Source of the DNA: a virus
Strand: one strand, 5' to 3'
Length of the DNA: 64,000 bases
IMG/VR virus record: IMGVR_UViG_3300045988_033017
Location: 54,699 to 118,698 of that record
The notes beneath the pieces were generated by a model. It saw only the letters and a list, made by a program, of their open reading frames with translations. It searched no databases and was not told the DNA's origin. Every line of letters begins with the position of its first letter. Position 1 is the stretch's first letter. A program made the translations under genes and the position numbers. Below, piece after piece: positions 19,004-27,999 of this stretch.

Positions 19004-19685
19004 ATGGAACAAATAACTCGTAAGCTGCCAAGTCCATAATGGGTACGCCACTTAATGTGGCACAGGAGGATACTGGCTGCTATATTCATTATTTTAAATG
19101 AGACTCCTGGCATGAGAGTATAATCATGCCACTTATGGGCCATACATGGAATTGATTCATGATGACTGGGTAGTAAGACGTGTAGAGTTCGTACCAACTC
19201 TTTAATAATGATACGGCAATTTAAGTGGAAACACTACTTACAGAATGGCAGCCTAAGCTGCTGGCTTAATTAGTGGACGTCATTGATTAAGTCGGGTTAA
19301 TTGGAGAGACCTAGAAACAGAAGAGGTGTGGGAAGAAGCATATAGGGCAGTCCACTTAACTTGAAAGCCAAAGGTTAGTAAAGCTGAAATCTCCACTACC
19401 TATCTATGGGTTACAAATAGAAACGTTCTCCAACGTAAATGGAGTGGTGGAGCGACCGTTCGGTCAAGCCCAGTTTGGTAGTTTATGAACAACTAAGTCG
19501 TAGCCCTACGAGGGAGACGTAATTGGTGAATTAACACTCGGCTTCTTAGTAAAACTACCTACATGCTGAACTCAACAGCTGATGTAATAAAATAGAGACA
19601 CACGTAATCTTATTGTTTAGAGTTGTGAAGACCGCGGTTCGAGTCCGCGATGGTCCACTATTATTAACGTTTAAATATCAATTTT
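19004..19685 (+). other. 680-bp non-coding structured region ending in a tRNA T-arm plus acceptor-like minihelix (19626-19661)
   Basis: No ORF; 3' end CGCGG-TTCGAGT-CCGCG then GTCCACTA, which pairs with TAGTGGAC at 19268-19275 about 390 nt upstream; shares the motif CCATAATGGGTACGCC...TGTGGCACAGGA with 15046-15170. Confidence 0.4.
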
Positions 19686-20039
19686 ATGGGATTATTTATT
19701 ATTGCAGTGATTGTTTTACTTATTTGTGTATGTCTTTCGCGAGTAGGGTCTGAAGACCTAAGAGGAGTTGCAGTGGCAGTTGAGGTTGTATTCTCAATAG
19801 CAACAGTTGGGGCAGCGATTTCATTACCATTCGCTATTACAAGGAATATTCAAATTATTGGCAAGCACGCAGTGCTCAAAGAAACATTAGAAGCTACTAA
19901 TAGGAAGAATTATTATCTTATATCTAGTGATGTCTTAAGGCTTAATTATACTATCATGAATCATAGGAACTTTGTAGACAACTTCTGGATTGGGATATGG
20001 TATGATAAGGACGTAGCTAAATTGGAACTATTAAAATGA
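19686..20039 (+). CDS. hypothetical membrane protein
   Basis: ORF track 117 aa; hydrophobic N-terminal helices. Confidence 0.45.
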   Translation: MGLFIIAVIVLLICVCLSRVGSEDLRGVAVAVEVVFSIATVGAAISLPFAITRNIQIIGKHAVLKETLEATNRKNYYLISSDVLRLNYTIMNHRNFVDNFWIGIWYDKDVAKLELLK

Positions 20040-20317
20040 AAGCAAGGTTATTAAAGAAACTTCGCAAGGAGTCAAAGAAGCTGAAATTAATAAGAGGTGA
20101 GGATTATCAATACATAGTTACTGATAGTCCTCATGACATATTAAGACCAAAGCTTGATACTTACTACAGTGGCACATACTACTGTGGTCAAGAATTATTA
20201 TTTGACGAAGATGTAATTGCATGGTTACATCAATGCAGACGTGATTGGATTCTGTCCGAGGTTAAACGAATGCGTGTACATCTGCGTAAATCTCGAATTA
20301 GAATATATAAAGAGTAA
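20036..20317 (+). CDS. hypothetical basic protein
   Basis: ORF track 93 aa. Confidence 0.4.
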   Translation: MKARLLKKLRKESKKLKLIRGEDYQYIVTDSPHDILRPKLDTYYSGTYYCGQELLFDEDVIAWLHQCRRDWILSEVKRMRVHLRKSRIRIYKE

Positions 20318-20343
20318 TTGTTTCACTAAAAGTTATTGAAATT

Positions 20344-20841
20344 ATGGGAAAGAGGTCAATATCCGACGATGACATCGTTCGGATTTTTAACACGGTAAAG
20401 GCAATGAATCCTGGGCCTTTTAAGATTACAGATGTAGTCAGGGATTTAAAGAAGAATGGCTTCCCAAGGCCAGAGAACTTCATGGCTGTTTTGCGTAAGC
20501 AGGGAGTGATTGAACCTGACGGTGCTATCTATACTAAAGGATTTATGTGGAAAGAACATGGCCCTTTGTATAAGACTAGAGTCATTGAATTGATAACTAT
20601 CAGCAGGAAAGAAATGGCTAAGATACAGAGAGATGCATATGCTAAGAGAATGGCTATTAAAGCTGGCACTTACGTAGCACCTCCTAAACCTAAGCCACAA
20701 GCTGAAATGGAAGCTGTTACAGAAGCGGAAGAAGACAAACATCTGATTCCTATTACACAGGCTGAAATGGAAGCAATCAAATTCCTGAAATCGAGAGGTT
20801 ATAGAATCACTAAATTAATAACAGTTGAACAGATAGTATGA
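20344..20841 (+). CDS. hypothetical protein
   Basis: ORF track 165 aa. Confidence 0.5.
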   Translation: MGKRSISDDDIVRIFNTVKAMNPGPFKITDVVRDLKKNGFPRPENFMAVLRKQGVIEPDGAIYTKGFMWKEHGPLYKTRVIELITISRKEMAKIQRDAYAKRMAIKAGTYVAPPKPKPQAEMEAVTEAEEDKHLIPITQAEMEAIKFLKSRGYRITKLITVEQIV

Positions 20842-21533
20842 AGTTTACAGTACAAGGGAACACGCCATTCAGTGCACATATTTGCCAATATCTATATGAT
20901 TTGGAAAGCAACTTTGCTAAGGAGAAATTGTCATTGCCACTTAGTCAGATTATAGCTCATATCTTATATGGGACTAAGAGAATCAGACTTGGTAATGAAG
21001 CTATTCCGTCCGAAGCAATCACTATTTTGGAAGAATGTATTGAAGCTAATCAGCCAATACCAGTCAATTGTATCTTCGGCAGTTCTGAATCGGAGAAAGA
21101 CTATGTTGACATTGCTGAATTTCAATCTCTTCAAACGTTGAAGGATATAAGCAGGAGAGTTGCTAAATTCTACTATCCAGGCTTGAACATAAGACTAGAT
21201 GTAGTAGGCGATTCAAAATATGTTAGTAAGGTGATGAGACTAGCAACAGTCCTAGGTGGTTTTACCATAGGCACACACCAATCAGCTATTAATGTATCAT
21301 TCGCTCACTACCGGCCAGCACACTATTATTATAAGTCTATTCCGTCTCGAAACATTCTACGAGGTGGATATGTTCCAGCTTGGGATGGTAGAGGTTATTT
21401 ATACTTAGAATCCCCACATGATATTGTGAGTATGATAACTACAGCTGACAATCCTGACATTCTTTCGACGACTGTGGTGTTAGAAGCAAACGAAGAGACG
21501 GTAGACCTTCGTGTGGACTATCTAATACCGTAA
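20838..21533 (+). CDS. hypothetical protein
   Basis: ORF track 231 aa. Confidence 0.5.
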   Translation: MKFTVQGNTPFSAHICQYLYDLESNFAKEKLSLPLSQIIAHILYGTKRIRLGNEAIPSEAITILEECIEANQPIPVNCIFGSSESEKDYVDIAEFQSLQTLKDISRRVAKFYYPGLNIRLDVVGDSKYVSKVMRLATVLGGFTIGTHQSAINVSFAHYRPAHYYYKSIPSRNILRGGYVPAWDGRGYLYLESPHDIVSMITTADNPDILSTTVVLEANEETVDLRVDYLIP

Positions 21534-21913
21534 ATCCACTATTGACGAATGGTGGTAGCAAAACTTGGTCTGAAGAACCAGTAGACATATTCCGGAGTAT
21601 GTCTATGACTTAAAGGCTATATCAAAGAGTTGAAACCTGTATCTATTCGAACAGTAGAAGTTCACCTGATTAAGCATCAGAAAACAGTAGTGCAAATCTA
21701 CTATAGATATTGTGTAAGAGAGAATCTACACGGTCTGCATTATATAATCAGCATGCAGATAGGTCACCAAGCAAACCTCTTTCCTGCCTGGTCAAGTGTG
21801 CATTACGGTCTGTAAGTGGCGAGCGGGTTAACGTATGTCCGATTGCCGTAATGCCGCTTGTTTATTGTTTAGAATAAAGAAAGACTCTCATAACAATAAA
21901 TTTAAACAAAGAG

Positions 21914-23608
21914 ATGGAAATGAAAGGAGCACAAAGGCCAAGGAGGCCTTACCCTAATGCCGCACGTCAAAGGCGGGATGAGAATAAACCTAAGTTTGTG
22001 GATAATAATCAGTTATTCATAGACCAGTTTGTTAATCTTAAGAAATGTCTTCAGCCACGTACCTACGTGCAAGTGGCTAAAGATATGTATCCTTTATGGA
22101 AAGCTAATCCATTACTATGTACTAAGTTTACTGCATATACGAGAATGATAACTCGTAAATGTAGAATAACTACCCCGGAAGGAGTTATACAACTTGATAC
22201 ACAGCAAGGAGAAGGTTTGAAGAATGAAGGTATAATGAGAATGTTGTGGTTGGCAATCTATCACAAACCCACATTCCATGCCAACATTGTTTATTTTGCA
22301 GCAGCTGGATGCTGGAAAGATTTCATTACTATGATGGCTTTAGATGTTCAACTCCATGGCTTTAAGCACAGATTGGATTGGGACTTCTTCAAGAAAGTCA
22401 TATTCGCAGGTCTTGCCAACGGTCAGACATGTGATTTAGTAAAGAAGTATCTTCCTCGTGTTCGTTCCAGTGTTGCATGTAAGACAGATGAGGCAAAAGC
22501 ACGTAACACAGTAGCCAAATTCTTGGCGGAAGGCCTTTATGGTAAACCTAAGGACGAAGGAGACTATTCAACCTATCGTAAATATAGGAAGATGAAGAAT
22601 AGCGGGAAAGCAGCCCAATGGCAGCAGTTAATCAGTCAAAAGAAATTCTTGGAAATTGATTTTGACACTGTTACTGGAAAGGCGCTGGCACAGCTAGTAG
22701 GCTCTAAATTCCTCAAACATCAAGGTCTTAAAGAGAAGTATCAGAACTGGTTGAAGAACCGTAAGAAGCCCTCTAATAGCGGATTTCTACATACTCTGTT
22801 CAAACCATACGGATTGGATAAAATTGCCGAAGAGATTCCAGAATTTATGGAAACTTCTATTAATGCAAGTTTCAATGTATTTGTTGATAATGCTAAACGC
22901 AATAGAGTAGCTCCGTTGTTGGTAGTAAGAGATATAAGTCATTCTGCTAATGGTGAGATAGAGAATAGCGAAACATCTGCTTACAGTTTGGGTAAAGCAT
23001 ATGCTTTATATCATTCTGAATTACTTCCTACAATATTCAAGAACTCCTATGCCGTGTTAGAGGATAACATGGTTCTACGTAAGTTCAAAGGTCAGAATGT
23101 CATTGAGAAATGGAAATCTGACAAAGAAGAAGCATTATGCCAGAATCCTTCTATTATTAATATAGCAGAAATGCTGTGTAAAATGAAAGAAGATTATGGT
23201 GTGGATGAAGGAGAGTTCCCTAGAGGCTGTGTGGTAATTACTAACCATACATATTTTACCAAGTTGAACAACCAAGCATTCGTGGAATTTAAGCAGAGAT
23301 TGCTTAAAGCAAATTTCAGTAAGGAATTTGTAAGAGCATTCAAAGTTATCATTTGGAGAGTTCCTTTAGCATATAAGGGAAGACCTAATGTGGCTTTGGT
23401 TCCAGGAGTGTCAAATTGCTTCTTAGTAAATGGACTTAATAATTCAACATCCTCATTTATTACTGGAGAGAAGAGGTTCCAGGTGCCTAAAACCACTAGA
23501 GACATTTTTAAGCATGCTATGAATCAAGAGTTGCTTAATATGATGATTCTAGAGAAGGATGTTGTCAAGAAGAATGCAAGCGTGCAGAAGAAGCCTGTGA
23601 AGGCCTAA
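21914..23608 (+). CDS. Ro60/TROVE-like protein with C-terminal vWA domain (Rsr-like candidate)
   Basis: 564 aa; vWA MIDAS motif in APLLVVRDISHSANG (compare human Ro60 KRFLLAVDVSASM); upstream blocks MLWLAIY and LHTLFKPY resemble Ro60 PMLFALAI and LLRLSHLKP; architecture is an N-terminal alpha region of about 330 aa followed by vWA, as in TROVE proteins. Confidence 0.5.
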   Translation: MEMKGAQRPRRPYPNAARQRRDENKPKFVDNNQLFIDQFVNLKKCLQPRTYVQVAKDMYPLWKANPLLCTKFTAYTRMITRKCRITTPEGVIQLDTQQGEGLKNEGIMRMLWLAIYHKPTFHANIVYFAAAGCWKDFITMMALDVQLHGFKHRLDWDFFKKVIFAGLANGQTCDLVKKYLPRVRSSVACKTDEAKARNTVAKFLAEGLYGKPKDEGDYSTYRKYRKMKNSGKAAQWQQLISQKKFLEIDFDTVTGKALAQLVGSKFLKHQGLKEKYQNWLKNRKKPSNSGFLHTLFKPYGLDKIAEEIPEFMETSINASFNVFVDNAKRNRVAPLLVVRDISHSANGEIENSETSAYSLGKAYALYHSELLPTIFKNSYAVLEDNMVLRKFKGQNVIEKWKSDKEEALCQNPSIINIAEMLCKMKEDYGVDEGEFPRGCVVITNHTYFTKLNNQAFVEFKQRLLKANFSKEFVRAFKVIIWRVPLAYKGRPNVALVPGVSNCFLVNGLNNSTSSFITGEKRFQVPKTTRDIFKHAMNQELLNMMILEKDVVKKNASVQKKPVKA

Positions 23609-23779
23609 GTATTTCGCGCACCGTTTATTTAATAGTTGAATTAATGTTCTGATTGGATAGAAGATAGATTTCATTATGCATGGAGAAGAGCGCATATTTG
23701 GTATAGTAATCTTTGTGCATATCTAGTAACACTAGGTGGGAATTTATTGGATGATTCCATAGGGACTGGATAGAGATAT

Positions 23780-23853
23780 AGTTCAGTGGTAGAACAGCTA
23801 AAGTCAATCTTTAGAAGAACATCAGTTCGAATCTGGTTATCTCTACACCATTT
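23780..23853 (+). tRNA. tRNA, anticodon loop GUCAAUC (CAA?) with short variable arm; identity uncertain
   Basis: Acceptor AGAGATA/TATCTCT, D-arm GTTC-AGTGGTA-GAAC, T-arm ATCAG-TTCGAAT-CTGGT; a degenerate copy of its 5' end (TGGATAGAAGATA) lies about 110 nt upstream. Confidence 0.5.
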
Positions 23854-23947
23854 TATTAATATGATTCTTTCAACATATGCAGTGTCATTTCTATCTCGAC
23901 TCATAGTCATTATTACGAGTTAAAGTATCTGCAATTGTTGAATAACT

Positions 23948-23985
23948 ACTAAGCTCATCGGTTCGAGAGAATATGTGAGCTTAGT
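23948..23985 (+). ncRNA. hairpin with T-loop-like loop CGGTTCGAGAGAATAT (tRNA T-arm mimic, copy 1)
   Basis: 11-bp stem ACTAAGCTCAT/GTGAGCTTAGT; the loop shares GGTTCGAGAGAATA with the hairpin at 24243-24270. Confidence 0.5.
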
Positions 23986-24105
23986 TTAATACCGAGCAAA
24001 CTTCTATCGTATTTAATACATATTAACTTTTACATGTGGGGAAGATTCATTACCTTTGCACTCACAATTCACAGTTAATATGGATTGTGTGATTCGGGCA
24101 CGTAA

Positions 24106-24189
24106 CCGGTAATTGGTAGCCGCGTAGACTGTAAATCTACTCCTTAATTGGACTGGAGGTTCGAGTCCTCCCGGGCCCACTCACACTGC
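24106..24189 (+). tRNA. tRNA-Tyr(GTA), type II with long variable arm
   Basis: Anticodon stem GTAGA/TCTAC, loop CTGTAAA; 14-nt variable arm; T-arm GGAGG-TTCGAGT-CCTCC; one mismatch in the acceptor stem. Confidence 0.55.
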
Positions 24190-24242
24190 GATAATTAAAT
24201 ACAATATCTGTTGAGGTCAAACTCGACAAACCCTTCTATGGT

Positions 24243-24270
24243 TCGAGAGAATAGTAGAAGTAAACTGCGG
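24243..24270 (+). ncRNA. hairpin with loop GGTTCGAGAGAATA (tRNA T-arm mimic, copy 2)
   Basis: Stem CTTCTAT/GTAGAAG; loop identical to copy 1. Confidence 0.45.
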
Positions 24271-24280
24271 GATTCGTATA

Positions 24281-24619
24281 ATGGTTATTATAACAGCCTT
24301 CCAAGCTGAAGATGACAGTTCAATTCTGTTATCCCGCTCATTATTAATAATAGATGAGATTATGAAAGAGACATCATTTAAGGCAGGTGTTATTGGTGGA
24401 TTATGTGGAGTATTTACCTTCTTGGCATTATTTGCAACCACAAGTAAAGTATCAATTAATGAGTCTGCTGCTACTAATGGAGATTATAAAATCAACAGAG
24501 TGCAGTATGAATTTATTAACGAACTAACCATTTATAAGGTATCAGGTCCTGGTATTCCAGGTATTAAGTATGTGCTTAGAGATTCCGAGAAAGGTGGTTT
24601 ATGTGTATTAAATCCATGA
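24281..24619 (+). CDS. hypothetical membrane protein
   Basis: ORF track 112 aa; TM segment VIGGLCGVFTFLALFATT. Confidence 0.4.
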   Translation: MVIITAFQAEDDSSILLSRSLLIIDEIMKETSFKAGVIGGLCGVFTFLALFATTSKVSINESAATNGDYKINRVQYEFINELTIYKVSGPGIPGIKYVLRDSEKGGLCVLNP

Positions 24620-24897
24620 GTGAACACTGTCTTATTAAGAAGAATACTCCAGAACTTCGTAAGAAACTAGAGGATGCTGGGTTAAGTGTGTGTATATGTA
24701 CTACATTTGAGGATGCTGATTGGCTTAGTTGCTGGGGTTCTCATATGTCATATGATGTACATGGTGTGTATCCGGATGACGTGGACGATTTGTCTAAAGA
24801 AGCCTATCTGGAGATGTATCTCAAGGAAACGAATCCGATTATATGTGAATCGGATGATGAGTTTATTAACATGTGTAAACAAATTAAAGGGAAATGA
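24601..24897 (+). CDS. hypothetical acidic protein
   Basis: ORF track 98 aa. Confidence 0.4.
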   Translation: MCIKSMSEHCLIKKNTPELRKKLEDAGLSVCICTTFEDADWLSCWGSHMSYDVHGVYPDDVDDLSKEAYLEMYLKETNPIICESDDEFINMCKQIKGK

Positions 24898-24986
24898 TTA
24901 TGCGGTAGATTACTTACAAGCCACCATAAGATAGTTGATTATTAATTAAGGCAATTTATTTATTAACTTATTAACAATTAACTATC

Positions 24987-25325
24987 ATGGCAACAATTAA
25001 ACAATTTAAACAAGAAATCGCGAATTTAGTAAAAGCACAGAAAGCAGCTAAGAATATTAATGACTGCTCATCAGTTTATTACAACAGAGGAAGATTACAT
25101 GCAATGTATGTAGCTTATTACATATTAAAGCATAAACTAATCGGAGAAGCTATGAATGAGTATCTAGCTAAAGTTATCAAAGAATGGAAATCACTTGAAA
25201 CTCAAGGTTGGTGTGGTTATTCTAAGATGTATAGTGGAGAGAAGTATTTCCGAGAAAGAGTTGATTCACTGATTGATACATATTCTGATGAAGAGATTGT
25301 ATGTGCTGATAGACCAGAAGCTTGA
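24987..25325 (+). CDS. hypothetical protein
   Basis: ORF track 112 aa. Confidence 0.45.
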   Translation: MATIKQFKQEIANLVKAQKAAKNINDCSSVYYNRGRLHAMYVAYYILKHKLIGEAMNEYLAKVIKEWKSLETQGWCGYSKMYSGEKYFRERVDSLIDTYSDEEIVCADRPEA

Positions 25326-25575
25326 TGCAGTTTATGGTTGTGTACAAGGAGGTCATGCAGTAGCGCAGTGGTTATTAGAACATCCTAAGCAGGATTGGAA
25401 TAATAACTATTTAATCTACTTATATGCAGACTTAGACAAATGGAAAGTAAGATTAGACTTAGTAAATAAGGACTATTCTTCATTCTATGAACCAGACCTT
25501 GGCAATCAATTAACAGCAATCGCATTACAAGATGACGGTCGCATGTTCAAGAAACTTAAATTAGTAAGAGAATGA
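25273..25575 (+). CDS. hypothetical protein (start uncertain)
   Basis: ORF track 100 aa; 53-nt overlap with the upstream gene. Confidence 0.4.
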   Translation: MIHILMKRLYVLIDQKLDAVYGCVQGGHAVAQWLLEHPKQDWNNNYLIYLYADLDKWKVRLDLVNKDYSSFYEPDLGNQLTAIALQDDGRMFKKLKLVRE

Positions 25576-25889
25576 TATACAATCGAGATTATTATGTTAG
25601 TGTAGGAGATGACCATGTAGTTATCACTAAGAACCCTAATCCTCATTTAACCACATTAGAGGATTTAAAAGACCTCAACAAGAGGTATCTTTACAGAGAA
25701 GGGCAGAAGATTCTAACTCCTTTTGGCATCGAAACCATTAAGGAGATTATTAGAACTCATAGCAAGCAACGTGGCTACGAATGGTTAATCCTTGTAGAAG
25801 AGAATGGAAACCAATATACTCCATTTGAACTAAATGGCATAGTAGTCAAGGAACTTACACTTGAACAGTGGAATCAAATTATCGAATAG
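25572..25889 (+). CDS. hypothetical protein
   Basis: ORF track 105 aa. Confidence 0.45.
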   Translation: MIYNRDYYVSVGDDHVVITKNPNPHLTTLEDLKDLNKRYLYREGQKILTPFGIETIKEIIRTHSKQRGYEWLILVEENGNQYTPFELNGIVVKELTLEQWNQIIE

Positions 25890-25926
25890 TTGATGAGTTG
25901 TGGGTAATCTCGTAAAACCCTCTGTC

Positions 25927-25998
25927 GCCCCATTACTTCAGTGGTAGAAGAGCAAATTCTAAACTTGTATGGCGTTGGTTCGAGTCCAACATGGGGCA
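25927..25998 (+). tRNA. tRNA with CTA anticodon (amber suppressor-like)
   Basis: Acceptor GCCCCAT/ATGGGGC, D-arm CTTC-AGTGGTA-GAAG, anticodon stem GCAAA/CTTGT, loop TTCTAAA gives CUA; T-arm GTTGG-TTCGAGT-CCAAC. Confidence 0.5.
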
Positions 25999-26000
25999 CT

Positions 26001-26071
26001 TGCGGTGGTGGAGCAATGGTAGCTTACTGGGCTCATAACCCAGAGACGACGTTCGAATCGTCCGACCGCAA
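26001..26071 (+). tRNA. tRNA-Met(CAT)
   Basis: Anticodon stem CTGGG/CCCAG, loop CTCATAA; T-loop TTCGAAT; one acceptor mismatch. Confidence 0.55.
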
Positions 26072-26106
26072 CTACAGTCATTGTGCATTTGCATTTTCAG
26101 AATGCT

Positions 26107-26171
26107 AAGAAGACAAACAGCAATTTCCTGTATGTTGGCATAAGTAAATGAATCTATTGTCTTCTGATGAT
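26107..26171 (+). repeat. tRNA-leader stem-loop element, copy a (AAGAAGAC...ACAGCA...GTCTTCTG)
   Basis: 8-bp inverted ends enclosing about 45 nt, immediately 5' of tRNA-Ile. Confidence 0.6.
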
Positions 26172-26245
26172 GGGTGTGTAGCTCAGTCGGTTAGAGCACA
26201 TCTCTGATAAGGATGAGGTCCCTGGTTCAATTCCAGGCACACCCA
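26172..26245 (+). tRNA. tRNA-Ile(GAT)
   Basis: Acceptor GGGTGTG/CACACCC, D-arm AGCTCAGTCGGTTAGAGC, anticodon loop CTGATAA, T-arm CCTGG-TTCAATT-CCAGG. Confidence 0.75.
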
Positions 26246-26274
26246 CAATACAACAATTTTCAATAGCTTTGAAT

Positions 26275-26347
26275 AAGAAGTCTTACAGCACGAAAGAAAG
26301 TGTTTCATATTTTATGATTTTAATTAAACTAAGAGACTTCTGTAGTT
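26275..26347 (+). repeat. tRNA-leader stem-loop element, copy b (AAGAAGTC...ACAGCAC...GACTTCTG)
   Basis: Inverted ends, 5' of tRNA-Pro. Confidence 0.55.
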
Positions 26348-26420
26348 ATGGGTGTAATTCAGTAGGTAGAATGCTAGGTTTGGGACCTAGTTGTCGCCAG
26401 TTCGAGTCTGGCTACCCATA
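26348..26420 (+). tRNA. tRNA-Pro(TGG)
   Basis: Anticodon stem CTAGG/CCTAG, loop TTTGGGA; T-arm GCCAG-TTCGAGT-CTGGC. Confidence 0.7.
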
Positions 26421-26645
26421 CTCCCCGTGGTATCCAAGAGAGGATGCTGATAATCCCATAATAGCAAATATGGACAACTACTCAGTTCGTGAGAATAGAG
26501 TAGTTTTAATAAGAACCATAATTAACACAATAATATATAGTTTCACTAAACAATCATCAAATCAACTCAACAATCAACCCAACAACTTTTAATTTATGAT
26601 TTGATTAACCTGTTTCATAGTTAAGCCCATAAGTCGTATTGATAT

Positions 26646-26717
26646 GTGGGCTTGCCCGAGAGGTTTAGGGGCTGGTCCGCAAAACCAGTTAGGACGGTTC
26701 GATTCCGTCAGCCCACT
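26646..26717 (+). tRNA. tRNA-Cys(GCA) (unusual C33)
   Basis: Acceptor GTGGGCT/AGCCCAC, anticodon stem CTGGT/ACCAG, loop CCGCAAA; T-arm GACGG-TTCGATT-CCGTC. Confidence 0.5.
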
Positions 26718-26735
26718 CTCGATTTAGTGAAACAT

Positions 26736-26800
26736 AAGAAGGCGTACAGCACTAATCATTGTACAGTTTACATGTTTTTGATAACGCGCCTTCTGTGGAT
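26736..26800 (+). repeat. tRNA-leader stem-loop element, copy c (AAGAAGGC...ACAGCAC...GCCTTCTG)
   Basis: Inverted ends, 5' of tRNA-Lys. Confidence 0.55.
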
Positions 26801-26872
26801 GATTCCGGAGCATGTATGGATATGCTATAGACTTTTAATCTATAGAACAGGGTTCAAGTCCCTGCGGAATCA
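26801..26872 (+). tRNA. tRNA-Lys(TTT)
   Basis: Acceptor GATTCCG/CGGAATC, anticodon stem ATAGA/TCTAT, loop CTTTTAA; T-arm CAGGG-TTCAAGT-CCCTG. Confidence 0.65.
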
Positions 26873-26977
26873 CATATGTACTAAGATTGTACATGATGTC
26901 AAAGAACGAGTTTAACCACTCAGTCTGTGAAGATAGAGTGGTTTATTTAGATTATTAATTTAAAATCAGATACATTT

Positions 26978-27121
26978 ATGAGTAAGATTATTGGAGTATT
27001 GTTAGTAATTGGTTCTGTTATAGGAACAGTTGCTTGTATAGCTCAACATCAATTTAATCCATTCACTGGAGTATTGTTGTTGCTAGTATTTTGCTTTGGT
27101 TGCTGTTTAGTGATGAGCTAG
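26978..27121 (+). CDS. small hydrophobic peptide (47 aa) within the tRNA island
   Basis: ATG at 26978; MSKIIGVLLVIGSVIGTVACIAQHQFNPFTGVLLLLVFCFGCCLVMS; not in ORF track. Confidence 0.35.
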   Translation: MSKIIGVLLVIGSVIGTVACIAQHQFNPFTGVLLLLVFCFGCCLVMS

Positions 27122-27297
27122 ATTATTTATTTATTGACTAAAACTGATGTATTATGAGACTATTTAAGTTAATTAAGAAAGCAGTTCGTTGGTATTTCAA
27201 AGTGTCAGCTGATAGCTACACGTGGTATCCAACAGGAGTAGTTCCTTACCATAGGGATTAACTCCGATGCAATCGGGATAGGTCAATTAAACATTTG

Positions 27298-27372
27298 GGA
27301 AGGAAGCTTAAGTGGTATACAGCTGCGGCCTGTTAAGCCGAAGATAGCGAGTTCGAGTCTCGCCCTTCCCGC
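27298..27372 (+). tRNA. tRNA-Asn(GTT)
   Basis: Acceptor GGGAAGG/CCTTCCC, anticodon loop CTGTTAA, T-arm GCGAG-TTCGAGT-CTCGC. Confidence 0.6.
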
Positions 27373-27485
27373 ATTATTAACATTAAATTATAAGATTATG
27401 CATAGTTTTGGTGCTTACATTGTGGGAGCTATAGTGCTAGTAGTACTGTATTATATCTTTAAAGATTCCACAATCTAAAATTGAT

Positions 27486-27560
27486 GCGTCCTTAGCTCAA
27501 TCGGTAGAGCCCCTGTCTCCAAAACTGGGTGTGTTGCATGTTCGAGTCGTGCAGGGCGTG
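27486..27560 (+). tRNA. tRNA-Trp(CCA)
   Basis: Anticodon arm CCTGT-CTCCAAA-ACTGG resembles E. coli tRNA-Trp (CCGGU-CUCCAAA-ACCGG); D-arm AGCTCAATCGGTAGAGC. Confidence 0.6.
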
Positions 27561-27570
27561 CTTATTAATT

Positions 27571-27656
27571 GGAAGTATGGCAGAGTTGGTCGATTGCACT
27601 GGTCTTGAAAACCAGAGGTCCTTCGGGGTCCGGGGGTTCGAATCCCTCTGCTTCCT
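27571..27656 (+). tRNA. tRNA-Ser(TGA), type II
   Basis: Anticodon stem CTGGT/ACCAG, loop CTTGAAA; long variable arm AGGTCCTTCGGGGTCC; T-arm GGGGG-TTCGAAT-CCCTC. Confidence 0.75.
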
Positions 27657-27675
27657 CAACTAATTTGAATGTACT

Positions 27676-27999
27676 ATGAAGTTTAAAGTGAAATTAAGGA
27701 GAGTGTCTACGTTAAGTAGAAACCAAATTTGTAGAGTGTACGAATCTGGAATGCGAGTAATGGTGAAACGTCCCACATTAGTTAGAGTCCTTCTTAAGGA
27801 TTACAAAACTAAAGAAGATGTTAATGCTTTACTTGAGCAATTAAGCGAAGCAAGTAGAGCCGCTGAACAGGATTTATATGCAGAGTACCCAAAGTTGCCC
27901 AGAAAGGCTAAGAAGGAACTCAAGAAAAGGTTGAATGCAGTCAATAATGCCTATTGTGTTGGTATTACTTTATTGCTGGCTGAATCAGATGGCTTATAA
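27676..27999 (+). CDS. hypothetical basic protein
   Basis: ORF track 107 aa. Confidence 0.45.
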   Translation: MKFKVKLRRVSTLSRNQICRVYESGMRVMVKRPTLVRVLLKDYKTKEDVNALLEQLSEASRAAEQDLYAEYPKLPRKAKKELKKRLNAVNNAYCVGITLLLAESDGL

